Below, in pieces: positions 29,899 to 39,446 of a stretch of 64,000 bases of DNA. The position numbers and the translations under genes were made by a program. Position 1 is the first letter of the stretch. Every line of letters starts with the position of its first letter. The notes under the pieces were generated by a model that was not told the DNA's origin, ran no database searches, and worked only from the letters and a program-made list of their open reading frames with translations. Origin of the DNA: a virus (Duplodnaviria > Caudoviricetes); the IMG/VR virus record IMGVR_UViG_3300036958_000333, positions 1 through 64,000 of that record; one strand, written 5' to 3'.

Positions 29899-30495
29899 TT
29901 GTATTTTAAAAAATTTAGAGGAAAAATGTCTAATTATTATAGAAATATATTAATACAAAAAAACGGTTTCGTTTGTATTAATAAAAGTTCTTTTGATTTT
30001 GATGATAAAAACTTTGAAAAATATTTAACATATAACTGTCTTATGGATAAAGATGTTACTCTTAGAGATATAATGATTTCTGTGGATAAATATAAAAATT
30101 TAAAAAATTTTATTAATAATTATTCTTTAGGAAATATTAATATAGATGATTTTCATTCATATTTATATTATAAAAAAGAATCTATAAATAAAAAAAATAA
30201 AATAGATAAATTGGTTGTTTCATGGAGATTCTGTATAGAAAAAAAATCTTTTGATTTTTATATAGATTTTTTTGGAATAGAAAATGGCAAAAAATGTGGA
30301 ATTGGATTTATATTTAAAGATATATTAGATATCCCTGTTGAAATAGAAAATGAAGGTTTATTTATTAATTATAAAAAAAATATAAAACTAAATTATAATA
30401 TTAATCTTTTAGAATTCTTAAATTCTATTTATTTCGAAATAAGTTTTTATGGTCCACCAAAAAATTTAAATAAAATATCAAATAAAAAAAATTAA
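29899..30495 (+). CDS. Hypothetical protein (start probably ATG 29926)
   Basis: Ends FEISFYGPP. Confidence 0.65.
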   Translation: MYFKKFRGKMSNYYRNILIQKNGFVCINKSSFDFDDKNFEKYLTYNCLMDKDVTLRDIMISVDKYKNLKNFINNYSLGNINIDDFHSYLYYKKESINKKNKIDKLVVSWRFCIEKKSFDFYIDFFGIENGKKCGIGFIFKDILDIPVEIENEGLFINYKKNIKLNYNINLLEFLNSIYFEISFYGPPKNLNKISNKKN

Positions 30496-30580
30496 AAAAT
30501 AAGATAATAAAAATTTTACTATATTATATTGAAAATGTATTTTTTCTGTTAACAAAAAATGGAGGAATTTATTATAAATA

Positions 30581-30766
30581 ATGGAAATTCTTAAAGAATT
30601 TATTGGAAGAAATGTTAAAATTTATTTAGAAAATTTTGAATTTTTCGGAAAATTAGATAAAATTGATAATATGTTTCTGTGTATTATAAATACTAATGGT
30701 AGTCGTAGTATTATTTCAATATTAGAAATAATATTTATTGAATGTAATGATACTAGAGGTTTATAA
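30581..30766 (+). CDS. Small Sm-like fold protein (tentative)
   Basis: FIGRNVKIYL...GKLDKID, GGAGG upstream. Confidence 0.4.
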   Translation: MEILKEFIGRNVKIYLENFEFFGKLDKIDNMFLCIINTNGSRSIISILEIIFIECNDTRGL

Positions 30767-30834
30767 ATATTTTTTAAAAATATCATTAATAAAAAAATTA
30801 AGCGAATAAAAAATTATAATTAACTGTTATATTA

Positions 30835-31203
30835 ATGAATGCGCAAGATATTATATCTGAATTTAAAGAAATAGATAATAAACAAAAATATCAAAAATTA
30901 ATAGATTATGGTAAAAAATTAGATATTTTATCAGAAGATGAAAAAAGAGAAGAATTTTTGATAAGATCTTGTCAATCAAAAACATGGCTGGTTCCAGTAA
31001 TAAATGACAATCTTTCTTTTAAAGCATATAGTGAATCATTTATAGTTAGAGGAGTTTTGTTTATAATAATAAATATTTTTAATTCTAATAAAATAAATGA
31101 ATTTGAAGATCTTGGTATTTATGATATATTGTCAGATAACAGAATATTGGGAATTAAAGAAATATTAGATAAAATAAAATATTATATGAAAGAAAATAAG
31201 TAA
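30835..31203 (+). CDS. sufE: SufE-family sulfur-acceptor protein
   Basis: KYQKLIDYGKKL...IRSCQSKTWL...SESFIVRG...LSDNRILG. Confidence 0.85.
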   Translation: MNAQDIISEFKEIDNKQKYQKLIDYGKKLDILSEDEKREEFLIRSCQSKTWLVPVINDNLSFKAYSESFIVRGVLFIIINIFNSNKINEFEDLGIYDILSDNRILGIKEILDKIKYYMKENK

Positions 31204-31204
31204 A

Positions 31205-31561
31205 ATGAAAAACCAAGAACTTTCTAAATTATGCCCAAAGTCTTTTTATAATAAAGTATTATCTAATAAAAACAAAAAATTTCCGATTATATTAGAAATT
31301 GACATAGGAGAAATTGATTTCGTATTTAAAAAAGATAATGTTTTAATGTTAGATAAACAAAAGTACAAGTCTTCAAAAAAAGAGTTTATTAAAAAATCTG
31401 AATCTATTATTAAAAATGTTAAAACAAAATTAGAAGAAATGGGAATTAATAATATAGATTACATAGAAGAAATTGGTCAAATATATATAGATGCTGATTA
31501 TAATCAAATAATAAATATCAATAAAATAAAAGACATTAAGTATATAACAGAATTAATATAA
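31205..31561 (+). CDS. Hypothetical protein
   Basis: 118-aa ORF in run. Confidence 0.6.
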   Translation: MKNQELSKLCPKSFYNKVLSNKNKKFPIILEIDIGEIDFVFKKDNVLMLDKQKYKSSKKEFIKKSESIIKNVKTKLEEMGINNIDYIEEIGQIYIDADYNQIININKIKDIKYITELI

Positions 31562-31577
31562 AAATGGAGGAAAAATT

Positions 31578-31847
31578 ATGATCATTACCAACAATGGAAA
31601 AGAGTATTTTGTAGATTTTATTTACGAACACCCGAAAAGAAAACGAAGCAAAACATGGTGTTTTATAAAAAACAAATCAGATAAAAATGTTGTAGCTCAA
31701 GCATGTTCTATTGTAGATAGTAGAGATAATTTTGTAAAAAAAATTGGAAGGAAAACTGCTTTTACTAAAGCTCTAAAAATATTTGAAAATAATAGAAATA
31801 ATAGAAAAAATATTTGGAATCAATATCTAAATAAATGTAAAGTATAA
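31578..31847 (+). CDS. Phage-type hypothetical protein
   Basis: DNFVKKIGRKTAF..A motif, GGAGG RBS. Confidence 0.65.
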   Translation: MIITNNGKEYFVDFIYEHPKRKRSKTWCFIKNKSDKNVVAQACSIVDSRDNFVKKIGRKTAFTKALKIFENNRNNRKNIWNQYLNKCKV

Positions 31848-31862
31848 TGTTGGAAAAACAAC

Positions 31863-32333
31863 ATGATTATAGAAGAAGAAAATGTTGTATATAAAATATT
31901 CCATTTAGGAAAAAAAGCATATACATTTCGTTATAATAACGATGATGATATAGTACTATTTGGTACTAGTAAATGGAATTATAAAAATAATAAATGTGAA
32001 ATATGTATATATTATACTATAGTTAATAAATTAGACATAATGGAAATACATGATTTTATGAATAATCCAAATACTAGAATATTGGGAATATATCACAGTA
32101 GATCAAAAATATTTTTAAATGGAAAATTCTCAGATTTTGATTCTCAAAGATACTTAAAATCAAGATATAGACATATAATAAGAGACGCTAATAGAAAAAG
32201 AAACCATGGTTTAGAAGTTAAGAGAATATTAGATGAATATCATAGGAATTATTTAAGTGATTTAAACGTTAATGAAAACAAAACTCTTTCTATAGACGAA
32301 ATATTTAATCAAAGAAAAAACATGGTAATATGA
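31863..32333 (+). CDS. Hypothetical protein
   Basis: 156-aa ORF. Confidence 0.6.
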   Translation: MIIEEENVVYKIFHLGKKAYTFRYNNDDDIVLFGTSKWNYKNNKCEICIYYTIVNKLDIMEIHDFMNNPNTRILGIYHSRSKIFLNGKFSDFDSQRYLKSRYRHIIRDANRKRNHGLEVKRILDEYHRNYLSDLNVNENKTLSIDEIFNQRKNMVI

Positions 32334-32599
32334 ATAAATCAATTAAAAGATGTGCCAGAAGATATAAAAATGAAATAATAAAAAGAAAAATTTACTGGTT
32401 GATTTATAAAAATTGGTATATAAATCAATCAATAAATGAAAAAAAAATCACTGGAAAATTATTACATACAAGAAAATCATGTAATTGTAATATGTGTAAA
32501 AATCCTAGAAAAAGCAAGTTAACAAAAGGAAAAGAAAAATATACTATTCAAGAATTAAAATTTATTGAGGGTTTTAATAAATATGGAAAATATTATTGA
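32330..32599 (+). CDS. Small basic protein with CxCxxCxNPR motif
   Basis: SCNCNMCKNPRK. Confidence 0.65.
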   Translation: MNKSIKRCARRYKNEIIKRKIYWLIYKNWYINQSINEKKITGKLLHTRKSCNCNMCKNPRKSKLTKGKEKYTIQELKFIEGFNKYGKYY

Positions 32600-32846
32600 T
32601 AATTTAGACGAACTTATTGAAAATACAAATAAAAATGGATTGGCTTCTTTAATAAAAATTATAAAGGAAAATGACATTGACGAAGCAAGGATCAAAAATT
32701 TATTTATTTGTATTTTAACAAAATTAACAACCCATAATTACAAATATGATATAGAAAGTTTAACTAAAAATGCAATAAAATTAGTATCCCCTGGATTAAA
32801 AAAAGAAGTTGATTTTAATCTTAAAAATTTATATAAAAAGAAATAA
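32565..32846 (+). CDS. Hypothetical protein (start probably ATG 32583)
   Basis: ORF in run. Confidence 0.55.
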   Translation: MRVLINMENIIDNLDELIENTNKNGLASLIKIIKENDIDEARIKNLFICILTKLTTHNYKYDIESLTKNAIKLVSPGLKKEVDFNLKNLYKKK

Positions 32847-32849
32847 TAT

Positions 32850-33074
32850 ATGCCAATATATATTTATAAATGTAACAAATGTGATAAATTAATTGAAACG
32901 ATTCAATCAATTGAATCAAATCCATATAAATTTCATAATGAAATAGAAAATACTAAGTGTAATGGAAATATTGAAAGAATTATATTTCCTCCATCTTTAG
33001 TGTTTAAAGGAACCGGTTTCTATGAAACAGATTATAAAAACAAATCTGAAAATCAAAAAGATAATAAAAAATAA
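32850..33074 (+). CDS. FmdB-family zinc ribbon protein
   Basis: MPIYIYKCNKC...FKGTGFYETDY. Confidence 0.85.
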   Translation: MPIYIYKCNKCDKLIETIQSIESNPYKFHNEIENTKCNGNIERIIFPPSLVFKGTGFYETDYKNKSENQKDNKK

Positions 33075-33122
33075 TTAATAAATATCATATATATATTCGA
33101 CTAATTATTTAGGAGAATAGTT

Positions 33123-33962
33123 ATGCCAATATATAAAAATACTTCTTTTTCACATTTGTTTCTACCGAGAGAAGATGGAAAAGTTCCAGATATATCTTTA
33201 CATCCAAATGATACATTTAATGGATCAGAAGCTTTTTATAAAAGATATGTGGGAAATCCTCATTATTTAATTACAAGACAAGTTGATGGATATAACGCAC
33301 CATGTAGCTTGATCGCTGGTCCAAATTTAAAATCTGACGTAGAAGGATTTATAAAAAGAGATGGAATAATAGCTTCCGATGAAGATGAAAAAAATAATAC
33401 ACAAGTTACATCTGGAACATCATATTCGGCTTTTGGAAAAATAACACTAGATGATGGAACTGGAACACTGTATAGTTTTGATTTTTCTATAACTGGCGAC
33501 GGAGATCATGGTGGAGTAAATGAATCTGTTTTTAATGTATCTGGATCTACACCTGCCGGATCGGCTATTACACCTTTAAAAGATAATTCTAGAATAGATT
33601 GTATAAATGGCTATATAAGTTTTAGACTATCTGGCGCTGGTTCTTTACATCATTCCGTAGAAGTAGTTTATGAAAAATCTGACGTTGGACATCAAGCAGT
33701 AGCGTTTTTAAATCAATTGTTAGATACTTCTAAATTATCATATAGTTATACATATGTAAGCGCCGCATCAGATGTTGGTAGTGAATATTATGTTGCTGGA
33801 TCTGCAAATCAAATAAAAACAGAAAAGATATTTGCAACAGGATCTAAAGTCGGAGATAGAGCTAAAAAGATAACATATTATTACAAAGATTCTGATAACC
33901 CTACAAAATATAGTCATAAGAAAGAAGAATTAGATTTTGTAGAATCTTCAGATCTAGGGTAA
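33123..33962 (+). CDS. Gly/Ser-rich protein, probably virion-associated
   Basis: AGGAG RBS, beta-rich G/S/T composition unlike the K/N/I-rich orphans. Confidence 0.55.
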   Translation: MPIYKNTSFSHLFLPREDGKVPDISLHPNDTFNGSEAFYKRYVGNPHYLITRQVDGYNAPCSLIAGPNLKSDVEGFIKRDGIIASDEDEKNNTQVTSGTSYSAFGKITLDDGTGTLYSFDFSITGDGDHGGVNESVFNVSGSTPAGSAITPLKDNSRIDCINGYISFRLSGAGSLHHSVEVVYEKSDVGHQAVAFLNQLLDTSKLSYSYTYVSAASDVGSEYYVAGSANQIKTEKIFATGSKVGDRAKKITYYYKDSDNPTKYSHKKEELDFVESSDLG

Positions 33963-34367
33963 AATAACTGTTTTAAACCAATAATTTACTATATTATTAA
34001 TTGTATTTTTTAATTCTTTTTCAGTATATGGTTTTATTATATAAGAACTTGCTCCAAGTTTATAACTCTTTTCAATATCTTCTTTTGAACCAGAATTAGT
34101 AAATATAATAATTGGAAATGTTGTTTTAAAATTTTTTCTTATTTCTTTTAATGTTTTTAGACCATCTTTCTTTGGCATTTTTATATCTAATAATATAAAA
34201 ACAGATTTTTTTATATTATCTATTAAATATTCTATTAATTCTTTTCCATTTGCTAAATGATGAATTTTTATATTATGTTCTTCTAATAATATATTTTTAA
34301 TTATTTCTACTTCATCAAAATCATCATCTACAACTAAAAAAATATATTTTATATTATTGTTATTCAT
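33954..34367 (-). CDS. Single-domain response regulator (REC)
   Basis: VDDD, LLDIKMP, FTNS, YIIKP. Confidence 0.92.
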   Translation of the reverse strand: MNNNNIKYIFLVVDDDFDEVEIIKNILLEEHNIKIHHLANGKELIEYLIDNIKKSVFILLDIKMPKKDGLKTLKEIRKNFKTTFPIIIFTNSGSKEDIEKSYKLGASSYIIKPYTEKELKNTINNIVNYWFKTVILP

Positions 34368-34379
34368 TTGTTTTATATA

Positions 34380-35837
34380 TTAGTTATAAGATAAAAATTT
34401 ATATTGTTTTATTGGAATTAATATATTTACTGTTGTTCCTTTATTTATTTTACTAAATATATTGATTTTTCCATTATGAAATTCTACTATTTTTTTACAC
34501 ATAAATAAACCTATTCCATTTCCTTGATATAAGCCGTCATGACACTTTTGAAACATTGAAAAAACTTTGTTTCTGAACCTTCCGTCAAAACCTATACCGT
34601 TATCTTTTATTGAAATTTTTACATAATCATCAAGCTTTTTATTTATAGTTATGTTTATTATTAAGTTTTCATTGTCTTTTTTAAATTTCATAGAATTATC
34701 TAAAATATTAACAAACAATTGTTCCAATATATTCTTATCACATTCTATATCAAAATCAATATTATTCTTTATAACTATCTTTGAATTTGTTTCATTTATT
34801 TTTAATGATAATAAATTAATCGAAGAATTTATTATATCATTAATATTATGATATTTAAAATCTATTAAATCTATTGACATTTTACATAATTTTGATATTC
34901 CTTTTATTAAATTTCGTATCTTATCTGCTGAATTTTTTATTAAACCAATGTTTTTTCTAGTTTTTTCATTTATTTCACTACTTTCTGAAATTATTTTATC
35001 AGAAAAAAATAATATTTTTCTCAATGGTTCTTTTAAATCATGAGATATAAAATTAGCAAAACTATATAATTCTTGATTTGATTTTTTTAATTCTTCATAA
35101 TAAACTTTCATTTGTTCATGAAATATTTTTTTTGATGTTATATCTCTTGCTATAGCTATAAACTTATTATGATCATTTGTTTTAAATATATTAAAATTAA
35201 TCCATCTATACGAACCATCAGTGTGTTTTATTCTTGCATCAAATTTTATACTTTTATAAATATTTAATTTATTAAATTCTTCTTCTATTATTTTTTTATC
35301 TAGTTGATGAGATAAGTTTAATATATTCTTATTAATTAAATTTTCTTTAAAAAACCCAAGGATTATTTTTGAACTTCCTGTTGTTTGTTCTATTATTTTT
35401 TCTTTATTAATTCTAAATACCATAAATGTTGGATTATTAAAAATTATTTCTTTTTCTTCATTACTAAATTTAAATGGAGATATATCGGTCAATATTCCAA
35501 AAATTAATGCAACTTTTCTATTATTATCGAATATTGGAGCAACTAGAACAATTGTTCGTATATTTTCTTTATCTTTTGAAAGAAAAACTTTTTCTGAAAC
35601 ATATACGTCTTCTTCTTCATTTTTTATTTTATTTAATCTAATATAAAGATCATCCCAACTACTTTTTGATAAAATATCTTTTAAATGTTTTTTTTTAAGC
35701 TCAGAACTACTATATCTCAATAATTTACAAAAATTTTTATTAAATTTTATTATTTTCCAATTAATATCAATTATTATCATTGATGATGGAAAAGTATTCC
35801 AAAAATTACATACATCAAAATTTATCTTACTAGTCAT
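34380..35837 (-). CDS. PAS-PAS sensor histidine kinase
   Basis: SHDLKEPLRKI (H box), NILDNSMKF (N), DNGIGF (G1), GNGIGL (G2), two PAS/PAC repeats, no TM. Confidence 0.92.
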   Translation of the reverse strand: MTSKINFDVCNFWNTFPSSMIIIDINWKIIKFNKNFCKLLRYSSSELKKKHLKDILSKSSWDDLYIRLNKIKNEEEDVYVSEKVFLSKDKENIRTIVLVAPIFDNNRKVALIFGILTDISPFKFSNEEKEIIFNNPTFMVFRINKEKIIEQTTGSSKIILGFFKENLINKNILNLSHQLDKKIIEEEFNKLNIYKSIKFDARIKHTDGSYRWINFNIFKTNDHNKFIAIARDITSKKIFHEQMKVYYEELKKSNQELYSFANFISHDLKEPLRKILFFSDKIISESSEINEKTRKNIGLIKNSADKIRNLIKGISKLCKMSIDLIDFKYHNINDIINSSINLLSLKINETNSKIVIKNNIDFDIECDKNILEQLFVNILDNSMKFKKDNENLIINITINKKLDDYVKISIKDNGIGFDGRFRNKVFSMFQKCHDGLYQGNGIGLFMCKKIVEFHNGKINIFSKINKGTTVNILIPIKQYKFLSYN

Positions 35838-36304
35838 TTTATACTTAATAAATTAATTACATTTTTAATAACAACATCTGGTAAAACAAAAACCTTTTCA
35901 TCATAACTCTCATAATCCCATATTAAATATTGATTTTTCCTTAAAAACTTTCTATCTAATAATAAATTTATATTTTCAGGATAACCAAATATATCTGGAT
36001 CTGATTTTCCCCATAAAACTATTCCATACTTCTTTATAAAATGGCAAAAATGAGGGAAAAAATTATCTACAGAAATCCAACAATCACACTCCATAACCTT
36101 TGACTTTAATTCATCAAAAGATTTACCCATAAAATATTCATCTACATTATCAAGTAATTGTTCTCCATTTATTCCAACTTGTATAATATGAAACTCCATT
36201 TGTTTCAATTTTTCTATAACTTGGTCCCAATAAGGATAATCTTTTGCATTCCTTTTATTGTCTTTTAATTTTTTTGAAAACGGCGAAATAATAATTTTTT
36301 TCAT
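35834..36304 (-). CDS. GT9-like glycosyltransferase C-terminal lobe
   Basis: AKDYPYW..IIQVG..ISVDNFFPH..IVLWGKSDP..FGY. Confidence 0.7.
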   Translation of the reverse strand: MKKIIISPFSKKLKDNKRNAKDYPYWDQVIEKLKQMEFHIIQVGINGEQLLDNVDEYFMGKSFDELKSKVMECDCWISVDNFFPHFCHFIKKYGIVLWGKSDPDIFGYPENINLLLDRKFLRKNQYLIWDYESYDEKVFVLPDVVIKNVINLLSIK

Positions 36305-36306
36305 AT

Positions 36307-39300
36307 TTAATACTCAAAATTTATAAAAAAATCTTTATAAGACTCCACTAAATTTTTCTTTACCTTACTATATTCCATATATCTATATATATTATATTTT
36401 TCAGTATTATTTGTTAAATATAAAGCTTCATCTATATTTATATAATTTATACCAGAAAATTTATAAACATCTTCGTAAAATGATGATACTATAACATCTG
36501 GATGTTCTTTTATTATATCTTTATAAGCATGAATAAATGCAAAATTATCACCAAGTCCCCCTGTTACTAATATCAACTTTGTTTTCCCTGGATATTTATT
36601 CCAAACCTTCATCTTCATATTAAAAACATTTTCATCATGATCCCATAAACTTTTATCACGATAACTCCTTATTCCTCCGCCACTTTCCCTAAAATGCCAT
36701 GTAATTATAGAACTATCTACTATTAATTTCCAACCGCTTCTTTTCATTTCATATGTAAATATAGTTTCCTCTCTATGACCAACTGGAGATAATTTTAAGC
36801 AATATCCGTGTTTTGATGCTTCTTTTCTATATAAAAAAGTACTATATAAATGATCTACTTCGTGTTTTCCTTCGTGTTTAACCCATTGACAATTAGGAAA
36901 AATAGATAAATCATTTATATTATTGTATGTAAAATTTTCTGGAATTCTTATATTTTGTAATGGATCTAATACCAATCCGGCAACTGCCCCAACATCATCT
37001 TTCATTTCTAATAATAATTTTTCTAAAACATTACTTTCAGCTAAATTGTCATCATCTAATCTCCATATATATTTATGTTTAGATATTTCTATTGATTTTT
37101 GATGATTTAAAACTTGACCTTTCTTTTCTCCAAATATAACACGCCACTCTATTCCATTTAAATCAAGATATTTAAATATATTTTCATATAAAGGGTTTTT
37201 TCTTAAATCTTCTTGGTCGCCATCATCAAATATTATTAGTTCTTTAGGTTTAACAGTTTGGTTTGCAATAGAAGTTATTGCTAGTGGTAAAGTCGTATTA
37301 TATCTATTTTTAGTTGAAATCATAGCAGTTACATCTGCATTATTAGTTATTAATTGTATGTTTTTTATGTCATCTTTTCTTTCAAATTTAAAAACTTTAT
37401 TATTATTATAAATAGTTTCCTCTTCTCCTTTTTCGTTTTTTTGTTTTGTATAAAAACTAACATTCCATATTTCTTTGTATCCTAAACTCATTATATAATC
37501 ATATAAATAATTTATTTCATATTTTGTTATTGGAGTTCCATGAATTTCTATAAATATTTTTTTAAATCTTTTTATCATTTTTTCATCACAAGACATTAAT
37601 ATCGGAAATTCAAATCCTTCACAATCAATTTTCAATATAATATCATTGTCATTTCTAAAATAAATGTTTAATATATCTTCTAGTGTAATTGTATAAGATA
37701 ATTTTTTTTCATTATTTATATTATTTATATCAACATTATCTTCTGAAACCATTGTGTTTTTTTCAATTTCTTCTAAATATACTATATTTTTACTTTTATC
37801 TGTAACTGCTACATTTATAGGTATTATGTTATTATATTTTTTTGTATTTTGTAAAAATAATTTGAAAGATTCAATATTAGGTTCTATTGAAACTATTTTA
37901 TTTGAACCATATTCTGCACATAATATAGAAAAAATACCATTATATGCACCTATGTCAAGAACATTTTTTTCAAAAACATCTTCTTTATTTAAAGAATATA
38001 AATTATTTTTAAATTCATCAAACACATAAGAATCTTGTGCTTTTAATTTTTCTATAAAACTTAAATCTAAGTTTAAATTATTAAAAACACCTAAATCATC
38101 TTTTTCTGTCATATTTACAATCCCTTTATCTCCATGTGTTCCAAGAATCTTTTTAACATATTTTGATTTTGTATTTTTAGAACATTCTTTTATAAATTGA
38201 TAATCATGATCAACAAAATTAGATTTTATATCATGTTCCCATTTATATGAAAATTTCTTCGCTAAGCTAGAATCAACCATAAAATTTAAACTATCTATAT
38301 CACCAAAAACAAACTCTCCTTCATTATGAGAAGAAGAAGGTATAATCTTTCCAAGCTCTACGTGTTCTATTTGACAATATGATATTTTATAATCTTTTTC
38401 GTTTATTATTTGAGATAACAACTCCCCAACATAGTTTTCATTAACAGTATTATCATCATCAACAAAACAAACAAATCCATTTTCTGGTATGATTTCTAAT
38501 ATTTTTTGCCTACATTTGCTTCCAAAAGCTCCTTCGTGTTTATCCAAATAATGATATTGAAATTCTATATCTGATTTTTTATTAAACTCATCAATTATAT
38601 GTTTTACCTTTTCATCATATCCATCTGCGCAAATATAAGATATTATATTTCTATATTTTTGTTTATTAATACTGTCTAGTGTTTTTCTTAATTTTAAATA
38701 TCTTTTATATGTTGGAGTTATTATATAAACTTTTTTACCATGTTTTTTAAATAATATTTGTAAATTTCTTTCTGTAATTTTATCCCAATCTTTTAAATCA
38801 AAAACTGTTCCTTCGGCTTTGTGATATATTGGGAAATCTCTACAATTAATATCATCTAATGGAACCTGGATTAATTTATATCCCTTATTTTCTGCTCTTA
38901 TACAAAAATCCATATCCTCGGCAAAACCTGGATTAAATATTTCATCAAGTAATCCTATTTCATCAAATATGTTTTTTTCAATCATGACGCAAAAAAATAA
39001 TAAAAATTTCCTGTTTATAATAGGACATCTTGATGCTAAAGGACCGGTTACTCCAACTTTGTCATTTTCTAAAAATGGTTTTTTGAGTATATTTATCCAT
39101 TGATTTTTTTCTTGATTCCTTAATATAGTATCATTATTAAGTAATATAATATAATTTCCATTAGATTGTTTTATTCCTTCATTTGTTGCTTTTGTATAAC
39201 CTAAAGGATCATCATACCATAACACTTTTATATTTTTTATTTTTTGATTATCGAGATATTCTTTGGTTCTATCTTTACATCCATTAGCAACTATAACTAT

Positions 39301-39405
39301 TTCAGTATCATTTAAATCAGTATATTCTATTATACTATTTAAACATGGAATAAGATTATCTTCTAAATGATTATAAGTAGGGATTATAATAGAATTCTTT
39401 ATCAA
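36307..39405 (-). CDS. Multidomain GT2-GT2-FkbM methyltransferase-GT2-GT9(N lobe) protein
   Basis: SIIIPTYN..LLNND..EDMD; ITPTY..FVDDD; LDIGAYNG..KIDCEG; RLDDD; terminal GGLGD. Confidence 0.85.
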   Translation of the reverse strand: MIKNSIIIPTYNHLEDNLIPCLNSIIEYTDLNDTEIVIVANGCKDRTKEYLDNQKIKNIKVLWYDDPLGYTKATNEGIKQSNGNYIILLNNDTILRNQEKNQWINILKKPFLENDKVGVTGPLASRCPIINRKFLLFFCVMIEKNIFDEIGLLDEIFNPGFAEDMDFCIRAENKGYKLIQVPLDDINCRDFPIYHKAEGTVFDLKDWDKITERNLQILFKKHGKKVYIITPTYKRYLKLRKTLDSINKQKYRNIISYICADGYDEKVKHIIDEFNKKSDIEFQYHYLDKHEGAFGSKCRQKILEIIPENGFVCFVDDDNTVNENYVGELLSQIINEKDYKISYCQIEHVELGKIIPSSSHNEGEFVFGDIDSLNFMVDSSLAKKFSYKWEHDIKSNFVDHDYQFIKECSKNTKSKYVKKILGTHGDKGIVNMTEKDDLGVFNNLNLDLSFIEKLKAQDSYVFDEFKNNLYSLNKEDVFEKNVLDIGAYNGIFSILCAEYGSNKIVSIEPNIESFKLFLQNTKKYNNIIPINVAVTDKSKNIVYLEEIEKNTMVSEDNVDINNINNEKKLSYTITLEDILNIYFRNDNDIILKIDCEGFEFPILMSCDEKMIKRFKKIFIEIHGTPITKYEINYLYDYIMSLGYKEIWNVSFYTKQKNEKGEEETIYNNNKVFKFERKDDIKNIQLITNNADVTAMISTKNRYNTTLPLAITSIANQTVKPKELIIFDDGDQEDLRKNPLYENIFKYLDLNGIEWRVIFGEKKGQVLNHQKSIEISKHKYIWRLDDDNLAESNVLEKLLLEMKDDVGAVAGLVLDPLQNIRIPENFTYNNINDLSIFPNCQWVKHEGKHEVDHLYSTFLYRKEASKHGYCLKLSPVGHREETIFTYEMKRSGWKLIVDSSIITWHFRESGGGIRSYRDKSLWDHDENVFNMKMKVWNKYPGKTKLILVTGGLGDNFAFIHAYKDIIKEHPDVIVSSFYEDVYKFSGINYINIDEALYLTNNTEKYNIYRYMEYSKVKKNLVESYKDFFINFEY

Positions 39406-39446
39406 ATTTAATTTTCCTTTTTATTATATAAAAAAGAAAATTATTA

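Larger units (their letters stand above)
5211..30804. promoter_or_regulatory. Recurrent upstream motif YGAANNNTA(A/T)GCG at 16 loci
   Basis: Minus-strand cores at 5211, 5766, 10899, 12850, 13716, 14558, 16335, 18088, 21701, 23632, 26109 (degenerate), 28036/28044, 28871, 29817. Plus-strand cores at 29863, 30799. Each is oriented with the downstream gene. Confidence 0.8.

Noticed and set aside
33954-39405. Cellular chromosome origin suggested by two-component and glycosyltransferase genes
   Set aside because: No housekeeping operons in 64 kb, a dense run of orphans, and tight coupling to fibre-like genes favour a large phage, although hallmark genes are outside this window.
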